Virus record (IMG/VR): IMGVR_UViG_3300032308_001681
Span: 30,542 to 94,541 of that record
Source: a virus
Length of the DNA stretch: 64,000 nt
Direction: 5' to 3' (one strand)
Shown here: positions 39,820 through 47,417 of the stretch, piece after piece
How positions within the stretch are numbered: position 1 is the first letter of the stretch
How the letters are laid out: every line of letters begins with the position of its first letter
Translations under genes and position numbers: made by a program
The notes under the pieces: model-generated
Databases searched by the model: none
What the model saw: only the letters and a program-made list of their open reading frames with translations
What the model was told of the DNA's origin: nothing

Positions 39820-40487
39820 GCGTGCACCTCCTCTCGCAATTCGGCCAAGGCCTCTCGGGCTTCGAAGAAGTCTTCCAGCAACTGCTGGAGAACTCCGACT
39901 TCGATTTGCACAAGGCCACCTATACGCGCGCGGTAGGCCGTTCTGGCTGTCTCGTCGTCCCAGTCACCGGTCACGCGAAGCGAGTTTACGGTGACAATCT
40001 CGCCGATGTTGCCCTCGTAGCCGGAGAGCGCCTTCACAGACTGCAGGATGCTGGCCTGTAACGGCTCAAGAGTGTTTGCAATCTTGTCGTGCTCACTGCT
40101 CCGGATGCGCTCCTGTCGGGTTCGCTCGTTCTCCGCCTGTTCTTGCGCCGTGCGGAGCCGAGCAAACTCGGGCTCGACATCGCTCCACAGACCGATTACC
40201 TCGCTGGCCTTCAGCGTGTAGCGCTGGCCTTTGTCGTTTTCAAACAGAAACGACTTGGTTCGAGTCGACTCGAACGCTGGCTGAAACACGTCTGGCCAGT
40301 TTCCGTTGCTGTCTTTCTCGAACCAACTTCTCCGAAACTCGTACGCGTTGGCGTCCACGAACGTGACCTTGTCTACGTCCTTCTCTCGTATACCGGCCAT
40401 GTTCTTGTTGCTCTTCGGGACGTACGCCCACGGTGCAATCACCGCGACTTCGTTTCCGTAGAGTTTGAGTGCTTCTTTGAATTGCAT
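39816..40487 (-). CDS. hypothetical protein
   Basis: SD GAAAGGA; 223 aa. Confidence 0.75.
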   Translation of the reverse strand: MQFKEALKLYGNEVAVIAPWAYVPKSNKNMAGIREKDVDKVTFVDANAYEFRRSWFEKDSNGNWPDVFQPAFESTRTKSFLFENDKGQRYTLKASEVIGLWSDVEPEFARLRTAQEQAENERTRQERIRSSEHDKIANTLEPLQASILQSVKALSGYEGNIGEIVTVNSLRVTGDWDDETARTAYRARIGGLVQIEVGVLQQLLEDFFEAREALAELREEVHA

Positions 40488-40552
40488 GTTGTATTCCTTT
40501 CATATAGGTGCCATACATTGGCAGGTGGTGCTGTTCAGTTGTGGGGGGTGCT

Positions 40553-40577
40553 AGAGGGGGGCTCACGCCCCCCTCTC
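40553..40577 (-). other. GC-rich hairpin with GUGA (GNRA) tetraloop
   Basis: AGAGGGGGGC-GTGA-GCCCCCCTCT right after a stop codon; no U-tract. Confidence 0.55.
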
Positions 40578-40579
40578 GG

Positions 40580-40924
40580 TCAGTTCCAAGTGATGGTGGC
40601 GTACTCAACACCAGAAGGTGTCCAACGCCATATGGCACCGTCCTCGCCGAGGAAAGCAAACGCCGAGTCTGCTGTGACGTACGGCTTGAGCACGGCCAGC
40701 AGTTCTTCGACTCCGGTGTACTTGCTGTCGAAACTGATGAGTTCCAAACCACCGTCGTCGGTACTGTCCACATCAAAGCCCACGTCCTCACAGGCCTCTT
40801 TCACTGTGCCACATCCGCCAAGGTAAGGCAGAGCGTCGAGCGCTTTCAATGCTCCCGGAATGTTTGCCCCGGGAATCTTGATGGTGCTGTTGTCGTATTG
40901 GTACGCGCCTGCGTAGTAACCCAT
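40580..40924 (-). CDS. hypothetical protein
   Basis: SD GAAAGGAG; 'GEDGAIWRW' phage motif. Confidence 0.75.
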   Translation of the reverse strand: MGYYAGAYQYDNSTIKIPGANIPGALKALDALPYLGGCGTVKEACEDVGFDVDSTDDGGLELISFDSKYTGVEELLAVLKPYVTADSAFAFLGEDGAIWRWTPSGVEYATITWN

Positions 40925-41023
40925 GTTGTACTCCTTTCGTATCTATAGTCCTGCTGTCTGTACAACGGTCGTACAGCAGGAGAAACGATGACGACGCCCG
41001 CAGCGGGTCGGTGTCAGTCGTTC

Positions 41024-41065
41024 GTGCCAGCCCGGGGCTTGCACCCGGGAGCCTGCTGGTCTGGC
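41024..41065 (-). ncRNA. tRNA-like intergenic element E6
   Basis: Identical 42-mer to E4. Confidence 0.7.
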
Positions 41066-41073
41066 TGGCCTGA

Positions 41074-41199
41074 CTAGGCCTTGTTGTCTGGACAACGCGT
41101 GTCGTGCAACCGATAGAACAGGTCGTCGATTACAGGAACGCGCCACCAGAATGAGTACCAGCGGTTGGTGTTGTACATCTTGCATACGATGTGAGTCAT
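41074..41199 (-). CDS. 41-aa hypothetical protein (not in ORF track)
   Basis: SD GAAGGGA; MTHIVCKMYNTNRWYSFWW...; fills the E7-E6 interval. Confidence 0.6.
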   Translation of the reverse strand: MTHIVCKMYNTNRWYSFWWRVPVIDDLFYRLHDTRCPDNKA

Positions 41200-41232
41200 G
41201 GTGTATCCCTTCTTGTTGTACGCCGGAGCGTA

Positions 41233-41280
41233 GTGCCTGCCCCGGTCGTGAGCCGGGGTGCCGAGCGGTCTCGGTCAGGC
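41233..41280 (-). ncRNA. tRNA-like intergenic element E7
   Basis: GCCTG-A-CCGAG(ACCG)CTCGG-CA-CCCCGG[CTCACGA]CCGGGG-CAGGC-AC. Confidence 0.7.
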
Positions 41281-41287
41281 CTGCGTC

Positions 41288-41794
41288 TCAAAAGACGCGG
41301 TAGGGCGAGTTGGATGCCTTGGTGCCACACGCGTCGCACAGGCCTCGGACGTTGGTGCTCAACGCCTTGGCCAATTCGAGCAGTTCGGTCAGCCTGCCTT
41401 TGGGCAGAGGAGCGTCGCAGTGGCCACAGGTGGCCGTGTCACCGGGCTCACGAGCCTCGATGGCCTGCGATGCCTGCTCGGCCTCCCAGAGGCTCAGAGC
41501 GCCGTCTGTGGCCTCATCGGCGGTCAGGTCGTCGTCCTCGTACTCGTCGGCCTCACCGGCCTGAGACGCGCCTGCCTGCCAGTGTGGCGTGCCCTGCCCC
41601 ACCGTGGCGTGGAGCACGTCGTAGAGGCGGTTGTGGGTGGCAAACGCGTCGGTCAGCCACCTGACCTCGGCCTTGTCGCCGATGCCACGAGCCTCCACGA
41701 GGTCGGTCTCGGTCTGGGAAACCGTGTTGGCAACGACATCGAAGAGTTCGAGGGCGTCGGCCACGGCGAGCGTGATGGTAACGGTTTGGGTCAT
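41288..41794 (-). CDS. hypothetical protein with C-terminal zinc ribbon
   Basis: SD GAAAGGA; CGHC...CDAC. Confidence 0.7.
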   Translation of the reverse strand: MTQTVTITLAVADALELFDVVANTVSQTETDLVEARGIGDKAEVRWLTDAFATHNRLYDVLHATVGQGTPHWQAGASQAGEADEYEDDDLTADEATDGALSLWEAEQASQAIEAREPGDTATCGHCDAPLPKGRLTELLELAKALSTNVRGLCDACGTKASNSPYRVF

Positions 41795-41876
41795 GGTATT
41801 CCTTTCGTATGGGTAGCGGATGCTGTACGGCCTGAGTCGTACAACACCGTGTGGCTGTCGTGTTTGGCACGACTGC

Positions 41877-41936
41877 GTGCCCGTGGCGGAATCGAACCGC
41901 CATCGCTCGGGGGGAGTGAGCGAGTACCAACCGGGC
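41877..41936 (-). ncRNA. tRNA-like intergenic element E8 (most tRNA-like)
   Basis: GCCCG-GTTGGTAC-TCGCTC(ACTCCCCCC)GAGCGA-TGGCGG[TTCGATT]CCGCCA-CGGGC-AC; canonical T-loop and D-loop-like GTTGGTA, no D stem. Confidence 0.75.
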
Positions 41937-41945
41937 TTGCCCGAC

Positions 41946-43910
41946 CTACCGGGCGAGGCCACGCTCGATTGCGAGCGCGACCAGACTGCGACCGAGCGTG
42001 AGGATGTCACGCGCGGAGGACAGCGAGGCGACGACCTCGCTGTTGTGGCCGTCGACCGAGTCAAGAGACTCGCCGTGGCCGTAGGGCGAGACGTACCCGA
42101 GAGCGGTGAGCACACCGGCCTCGCGCACCTCGGTCACCACGTCCTCAGCACGCTGAGCGTCGCCCCACGCGCCGTCCGTGATTGTGAAGAGAATCTTCAC
42201 AGCACGGCTGGACTTGGAGAACGTGTCGCGAGCGTAGCGGAGGCCGTCGCGAGGCTGTGTGCCACCGAGGTCGCTGGTCAGCGAACGCACCTTCTCGCCT
42301 GCGCTCTCGGCCGAGGAGTAGAGCACCTCTGCCCGACTACCGAACGCCACGACGGTGGTCGCACCGCCGATGTCGTCGATGGCGTGCTTGATGCCCCACA
42401 TGGCCTGTGTGGCCAATTCGAGGGGCTCGCCCTTCATCGAACCGCTGGCATCGAGCAGAATGACGCACTCGATGTCGGTCGCGTCCTCCTTGCCGGGGTT
42501 CCACCGGTCGAAGGCCTCGTTGACGTCACAGCCACGAAGGTAGCGTGTGGCGCTGATGCGACCACTGGCCACCTCGCGCTCCCACCCCGGGTCGTTGGCC
42601 GTCTGGATGGCGCGCAGTTCCTTTGCGAACTCGTCGCTGTAGACACGCACGTTGTCGGCCACCTTGATGTCCGTCGTCTTGGCATCGTTGAGCACGGTGC
42701 CCTCGTCGGACAGACCCTCGTCGTAATCCTCGCCGTTGTAGTCGGCGATGGTGCGAGCGATGTCTGTGGCGTGCTCATTCTCGATTGCGTCGATGATGCC
42801 TTCGAGAGTGTTGACGACCTGCGCAGTCTTCGAGTCAGCGTCACCAGCGCCAGCGCCGTCAGACGGTGTGTCGGACGGTGTGCTGGACGGTTGTCCGTCG
42901 GACGGTACAGCAGGCTGGTCACCACCGGGCTGGCCGTCGCCGGTCTGGCCTCCGCCGGTCTGGCCATCGCTGGCCTCGCCCTCGTCGGCATCGTCGTCGT
43001 CCTGACCCAGACCACCGTTGGTGGCCTCGTCGTCGGACGAGTCGTCGGTCTCGTCGGCCTGACCGGAGTCGGACTGGCCATCGCTGGCCTCGTCGTCGTC
43101 GGTCATGTCGTCGTCGCCCTGCTCGGCCTGTGACGCGTTCTGCTGGTCAGCAGTCTGCTCGCTGGCCGTGGCCGGACGCTCGCCCTCGCCGGACGCGAAC
43201 CCGGTCGGGTCAGAGCCACAGCCACCCTCCGGCTGGTCGCCGGTGTCGGACTTGAGTTGGTCGAGCAACGCGTCGAAGGTGCGAATGAGCGCCTCACCAC
43301 GCGCAAAGTCGCGAGGGAAGATGAGACCGATGTACTCGTCGAGCACGTCGGCGAACGCCTTCACGAGGTGCTGAGCCACGAAGGCCTGACGCACCGCGCG
43401 ACGTACGTCGAGGGGCAGGTACTTGCGACCGTGCGTGAGCACGAACGCCGAACCGATGGCCTTCTCGTCGGCCAGCAGGTGCTGGGCGACCGTAGCCGTG
43501 AGCCACGGCACGACAGCACGGCTGTAGCGACCGGACAGCAGGCGCTCGATGCGAGCGTCCTCAAGGATGTTGAAGGCCTTACGGTAGCCGTTCTCGCGCA
43601 CGAAGCGCGTGATGCGCGCACCGTAGCGAGGCGTGTAGAGGATGTGCGCCAACTCGTGGCAGGTGAGCCCCTTGATGGAGAGCACGCCCTCGGGCAGGTG
43701 CAGGTTGCTGGAGATGTGCTCGGTCGAGAACCAGATGCCCGATGCGTCCGACCACGCCGGTGCCGAAGCACCGCCGTCGACGAGCACCGAGCGAATCTTG
43801 CGACCGGTGACGATGGAGGCAAACCGACCGGCCACCTCGGTCGCACGCTGTGCGCGCGCCCGGTTGGGGTTGGTCGTTGTCTGGTCACGAGTTTCTGTGA
43901 GGATTGTCAT
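41946..43910 (-). CDS. metallopeptidase + acidic linker + VWA domain protein (CobT-like)
   Basis: HELAH and 'FNILEDARIE'; D/E/G-rich linker; MIDAS 'LLDASGSM', 'GGT', 'ITDG'. Confidence 0.9.
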   Translation of the reverse strand: MTILTETRDQTTTNPNRARAQRATEVAGRFASIVTGRKIRSVLVDGGASAPAWSDASGIWFSTEHISSNLHLPEGVLSIKGLTCHELAHILYTPRYGARITRFVRENGYRKAFNILEDARIERLLSGRYSRAVVPWLTATVAQHLLADEKAIGSAFVLTHGRKYLPLDVRRAVRQAFVAQHLVKAFADVLDEYIGLIFPRDFARGEALIRTFDALLDQLKSDTGDQPEGGCGSDPTGFASGEGERPATASEQTADQQNASQAEQGDDDMTDDDEASDGQSDSGQADETDDSSDDEATNGGLGQDDDDADEGEASDGQTGGGQTGDGQPGGDQPAVPSDGQPSSTPSDTPSDGAGAGDADSKTAQVVNTLEGIIDAIENEHATDIARTIADYNGEDYDEGLSDEGTVLNDAKTTDIKVADNVRVYSDEFAKELRAIQTANDPGWEREVASGRISATRYLRGCDVNEAFDRWNPGKEDATDIECVILLDASGSMKGEPLELATQAMWGIKHAIDDIGGATTVVAFGSRAEVLYSSAESAGEKVRSLTSDLGGTQPRDGLRYARDTFSKSSRAVKILFTITDGAWGDAQRAEDVVTEVREAGVLTALGYVSPYGHGESLDSVDGHNSEVVASLSSARDILTLGRSLVALAIERGLAR

Positions 43911-43945
43911 GCTGTATTCCTTTCTGATGTACGGCGGATGCCGTT

Positions 43946-43991
43946 GTGCCCTGCCCGGTCACGAACCGGGTGCCAGCAAACTGGACAGGGC
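43946..43991 (-). ncRNA. tRNA-like intergenic element E9
   Basis: GCCCTG-T-CCAG(TTTG)CTGG-CA-CCCGG[TTCGTGA]CCGGG-CAGGGC-AC. Confidence 0.75.
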
Positions 43992-44011
43992 TGTGGAGCC
44001 GGTGCCACGGC

Positions 44012-45346
44012 CTAGACCGTGACACCTAACTCCTGCGCGATTGCCGTGCGCTTCAGGTCGAAGAGCATGCGAACCGCGTCGAGGTCGACGACGTTGCGGA
44101 ACTTGTCGAACAAGCAGTGCTCGGCTCCGGCCATACCGCCGTCGGGGTCGAGGGCGATGTCTTGGAAGTCGCGCACCATGCGCGTGGTGAAGAGCGTCTT
44201 GACCTCGCGAGCGTCGTACTGCTTGCGAATCGAGAACACCACGTCGAGCAACGTCGACGACTTGATGAACTTGGCCTCGACCTCGCGGTCGTAGACGAAG
44301 GTCGTCGTGACGAACCGGTCTTCGAGCGCCTCATCGAGTCGGTTCGTTCCGGCGTAGCCGGGGTTGGAATCGAAGATGAAGAGCACGTTGTCTGGAATCA
44401 CGATGTCGCGGTTGTCGTACTTCGACACCTGCAACCGGCGTTCCTGCAGGATGCGCAGGAAGAACGCGTTGGCCTTGGACGACATGCGGTTGGCCTCGTT
44501 GATGAGAACCACCGCACCGTTGGGCGAGAACTGCACCGCCTCGGCCAAGGCCGACCAGCGCCACGCCAACTTGTTGCCCTCGCCGGTCGGAATCCACTCG
44601 CCCTGAATCACGGCCTCATCGGTCTGAGGGTTGCAGTCGATGGTGACGAAGGGAACGCCCCAGACCGATGCGATGTGACGAGCCGACGAGGTCTTGCCGG
44701 TTCCGGCGTGCCCCCAGATGCCCACTGACTTGCGTGTGCGCTTGGCCACCGAGTAGAGGTTGCGCTCGGTGAAGCCGGGAGCCAGCGTGCGTTCGACGTA
44801 CCCGGCGCAGTCTTCACGCGTCGGCGTGTAGAGCGCGGTGTGAATCTCGTTGGCAAGGCCAGCGGTCACGACCGGAGCCACAGCGACCGGTGCCGGGGTG
44901 GGCTCGTCAAATGTAGCGAGCACCTCGGGCTCCGGAACCCGGACGACGGTCACGACCGGTGAGGCCGACCCGGCGCGAGGCAGGTACTTGCCAAGCGACT
45001 CGGGCGCACTGACCGTCTCCTGCAGGATGGTGTCGAGCGTGGCCTGCGCCAGCGCCTGTGTGACGTTGGTGCCGGTCACCTTGCGCTGGATGTTTTGAAG
45101 AAGCGACTCGGGCTTCTTGCCTGCGTCGATGTCCTCGGTGTTGCCAGCGGTCAGGCGAAGCGAGGCCGGTGCGCCAATGACGCGCTCGTCCTCGTTGAAG
45201 GTCGGCAGGCCTGCCAGCCACGAACCGGCGATGCCTCGCTTGCCGTGGATGCGTGAGTAAACGACAGCCTCGCCAGCGTGAGCAATGACAACGGTCTGTC
45301 GTGTCTCGTTGGCGTTGGGTGCCGACTGAATGATTGTTGCGAACAT
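44012..45346 (-). CDS. MoxR/CobS-like AAA+ ATPase
   Basis: Walker A GHAGTGKT, Walker B 'VLINEAN', 'NPGYAGT..LDEALEDRF'; start reassigned to MFATIIQ after SD AAGGAGG. Confidence 0.9.
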   Translation of the reverse strand: MFATIIQSAPNANETRQTVVIAHAGEAVVYSRIHGKRGIAGSWLAGLPTFNEDERVIGAPASLRLTAGNTEDIDAGKKPESLLQNIQRKVTGTNVTQALAQATLDTILQETVSAPESLGKYLPRAGSASPVVTVVRVPEPEVLATFDEPTPAPVAVAPVVTAGLANEIHTALYTPTREDCAGYVERTLAPGFTERNLYSVAKRTRKSVGIWGHAGTGKTSSARHIASVWGVPFVTIDCNPQTDEAVIQGEWIPTGEGNKLAWRWSALAEAVQFSPNGAVVLINEANRMSSKANAFFLRILQERRLQVSKYDNRDIVIPDNVLFIFDSNPGYAGTNRLDEALEDRFVTTTFVYDREVEAKFIKSSTLLDVVFSIRKQYDAREVKTLFTTRMVRDFQDIALDPDGGMAGAEHCLFDKFRNVVDLDAVRMLFDLKRTAIAQELGVTV

Positions 45347-45400
45347 GTGTGCCCTCCTTGAGCGGTTGTGTAGGTCGGGTGGTGCAAGCGCGTGAGCGCC

Positions 45401-45449
45401 GTGCCCCTGCCACGTCACGAACGTGGAGACCGGCTGGCCGGTCAGGGGC
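45401..45449 (-). ncRNA. tRNA-like intergenic element E10
   Basis: GCCCCTG-ACCGG(CCAG)CCGGT-CT-CCACG[TTCGTGA]CGTGG-CAGGGGC-AC: 7-bp acceptor + 5-bp T stem. Confidence 0.75.
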
Positions 45450-45456
45450 TGTGGTG

Positions 45457-45753
45457 TTAGTCGACGAAGGTCAGTGCGTCCCACGCGTCGACGAAGGGGC
45501 GCTCCTCTTTGCTGAACGATTTGTGCTGACGCGCGAGCGCCTGCAGTTCGTCGCAGACCCGAACTCGGAACTCGGGGTCGAGCAAGTCGCGGAAGAACAG
45601 GGCGGTCGGTGAGTCGACCGTGCCGTCCGTCTCGATGAGACCGACGATGTCGGCTACGGCGCGTTCGAGTTTCTGCGTCTTGTTGAGCGTGCCGAGAACG
45701 ACGATGCCAGCGAGCGTGCGGTCGGTGATGAGGATGGGGCGTGTGTCTTTCAT
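45457..45753 (-). CDS. hypothetical protein (first gene of minus-strand operon)
   Basis: SD GAAAGGA. Confidence 0.75.
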   Translation of the reverse strand: MKDTRPILITDRTLAGIVVLGTLNKTQKLERAVADIVGLIETDGTVDSPTALFFRDLLDPEFRVRVCDELQALARQHKSFSKEERPFVDAWDALTFVD

Positions 45754-45786
45754 GGTGGTTCCTTTCGGTTAGGCGACGGTGTCGCA

Positions 45787-45835
45787 GTGCCCTGCCACGG
45801 CGTGAGCGTGGATGCCGAGCGGTCTCGGTCAGGGC
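45787..45835 (-). ncRNA. tRNA-like intergenic element E11
   Basis: GCCCTG-A-CCGAG(ACCG)CTCGG-CAT-CCACG[CTCACGC]CGTGG-CAGGGC-AC. Confidence 0.7.
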
Positions 45836-45862
45836 GATGTCACCGTGGGCAACCGGCAAGCC

Positions 45863-46245
45863 GGGGTCACTCGGTCAGAGACCGAGAGCAATTACGCGCA
45901 CCTCTGGTGACGAAGTCTGGACGCATGGTGGCCGGTGACGAGCCGTGTTGCCGGTGGTGTGCCCTTGTCGCCTTGTCGGTTCGCCCGGGTGATTCTCTCT
46001 TGTCGCACCGAAGTGCGCGGAGGGGGGTCGAGCCGAGTCGGTGTGAGGTGCCCGGGATGGGGTCAACGTCGTCGGTCAGATTGCGTCTGGTTGATGTCTA
46101 GGCCGAAGCGCTAGAGGCGTGATGAGCAGAGCACGCGTGCGTCGTTGGTTCGTGTCCCCCGGCCGAGCGCGTCGCAGATGCGACCTTCGGGGCTGGGGAG
46201 CCGGTGACCCATCCTGAACCTTTCGGCGTGAGCGGACGTGACCCC
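45863..46245 (-). ncRNA. putative ~380-nt structured RNA/leader
   Basis: Ends pair (GGGGTCAC/GTGACCCC); two cUUCGg tetraloops and further hairpins on the minus strand; no credible ORF. Confidence 0.5.
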
Positions 46246-46248
46246 CCC

Positions 46249-46276
46249 AGCCTAGCACAGGTGTAGGACACTCCAA
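46249..46276 (-). promoter_or_regulatory. putative SigA-type promoter of minus-strand operon
   Basis: Extended -10 TGcTAGGCT; possible -35 TTGGAG 16 bp upstream; overlapped by an ACAGGTG/CACCTGT inverted repeat. Confidence 0.5.
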
Positions 46277-46862
46277 CACCACCTGTACACAACTCGTACA
46301 CCGCGTGTCGCGGTCATCCGTGAATCGCCCCGGCCTCCTGACAGGCCTGTCGAGGGTGGGGTCACAGGGGAGGGGCACCCTCCCCTCATCCCAAGGCCAA
46401 GGGTGGTGGATAGGGAGAGAGAGAAGAGAGAGACAGACACACTCGTGTCCTCGGCCTGTGATGCTGGCACAGCCCGACGTGGGCGAGGTGGCAGGCCACC
46501 TGATACCTGACAGCAACTCGGGGAGGTGGTCGGTGGTCTGGTCACGCCAGCGGACGGCCTGCCTGCTGTGCTAGCAGTAGCCGAGTCGCCGACGTGGCCT
46601 CGTGGCTGGCACCGCCACCTCGGAGAGGTGCGCCATCGAGCCTGCCATCGCGAGCCCCGGCGACCGCCGAGCCACCGCGCCAGCACTGGCCGGTGTCACG
46701 ACAGCCACATGACTAGAAGTCATGGTGGACGACCAGCCGTACGGCTCGCGCCCAATTCGTACGGCACCGGTACGACAGACCCCCCCACCCTTAGCCGAGC
46801 CGCTGGGCGGGAGCGGCCAGATGAAATCCCCGGATACGGCCTGAAAGTTGAGGCAGTAGCCG

Positions 46863-46896
46863 TAAAACGCCCCTGCAGGTGTGTCAAAATGGTTAT
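46863..46896 (+). promoter_or_regulatory. leaderless promoter motif (AAAACGCCCC-N8-TGnCAnAnT-N6-start); first of 10 core copies
   Basis: Core copies start at 46882, 47869, 48353, 48775, 49735, 51962, 52925, 53767, 55056, 56394; each ends exactly 6 nt before ATG/GTG. Confidence 0.75.
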
Positions 46897-47415
46897 ATGG
46901 CTAAGGCAATCTTTGAGCGGCTCGAGCATCCCGAGGGGCAAGACCTCGGCAATGGTCGGCGCATGGTCGAAGGTCCCATGCCAGAGGAAACGCGCAACCA
47001 ACACACCCTCCGCAGTTACGGCACACCCCGACGCGTGAGCTTTTATGACGACAATGCCAAAGAGTCGTTCGCCGGTCCCTACCTCAAAGAAGACGAGGGT
47101 GGCGAAAAGGGTCTCGTCGGCTATGCGGACATCTACCGCGAGCCGGACCTCCCCTCGGCAATATACGGCACCCAGCCCAATGGTCGGAAAATCATCAACT
47201 TTACGCAAAACACCAATGTTGGCTACATGCGTACTGCAGGCAGGTACCAAGGTGGCGGCATAGGTCGTCAGATGTTCAACTATGTCGTGAACACCACTAA
47301 CCCAAAGAGCCACATCGACCTCGGTCGGGTAGTTGACGAACGCATGGGTCACATGTGGGAACAGCATAAAGAACAAGGCGACACCCCTCACATGCACGGC
47401 AAGGTTTGGTACTAG
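46897..47415 (+). CDS. GNAT-family acetyltransferase
   Basis: 'VGYMRT...YQGGGIGRQMF' acetyl-CoA motif A. Confidence 0.7.
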   Translation: MAKAIFERLEHPEGQDLGNGRRMVEGPMPEETRNQHTLRSYGTPRRVSFYDDNAKESFAGPYLKEDEGGEKGLVGYADIYREPDLPSAIYGTQPNGRKIINFTQNTNVGYMRTAGRYQGGGIGRQMFNYVVNTTNPKSHIDLGRVVDERMGHMWEQHKEQGDTPHMHGKVWY

Positions 47416-47417
47416 AC

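Noticed and set aside
41877-41936. A bona fide tRNA gene at E8
   Set aside because: No D stem, only a 5-bp acceptor stem and a 9-nt loop in place of the anticodon loop; tRNA-like but not a decoding tRNA.
36514-45835. CRISPR array interpretation of the intergenic repeats
   Set aside because: Spacing is irregular (about 0.2-2 kb), the intervals are intact genes with SD sequences, the repeats diverge in sequence, and there is no cas operon. The Cas4-like gene is a typical stand-alone phage exonuclease.
36514-45835. Elements as rho-independent terminators
   Set aside because: No U-tracts, branched fold, and most downstream genes have no room for their own promoter.
45863-46245. tmRNA or RNase P RNA
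   Set aside because: Lacks the tmRNA terminal T-arm/CCA and tag ORF, and the RNase P GAGGAAAGTCC motif.
41191-46686. Long plus-strand and alternative-frame ORFs (e.g. 41820..43133, 43257..44015) and upstream-extended starts (44012..45859, 41288..42115)
   Set aside because: Shadow ORFs of GC-rich coding DNA. True starts are marked by SD sequences, and the extensions run through the structured elements.
33362-46792. 10-bp direct repeat CCCCACCCTT (33362, 46783) as attL/attR flanking the integrase module
   Set aside because: Short and low-complexity, so plausible by chance; the left copy lies within a terminator hairpin; gene families are shared with the flanking phage genome.
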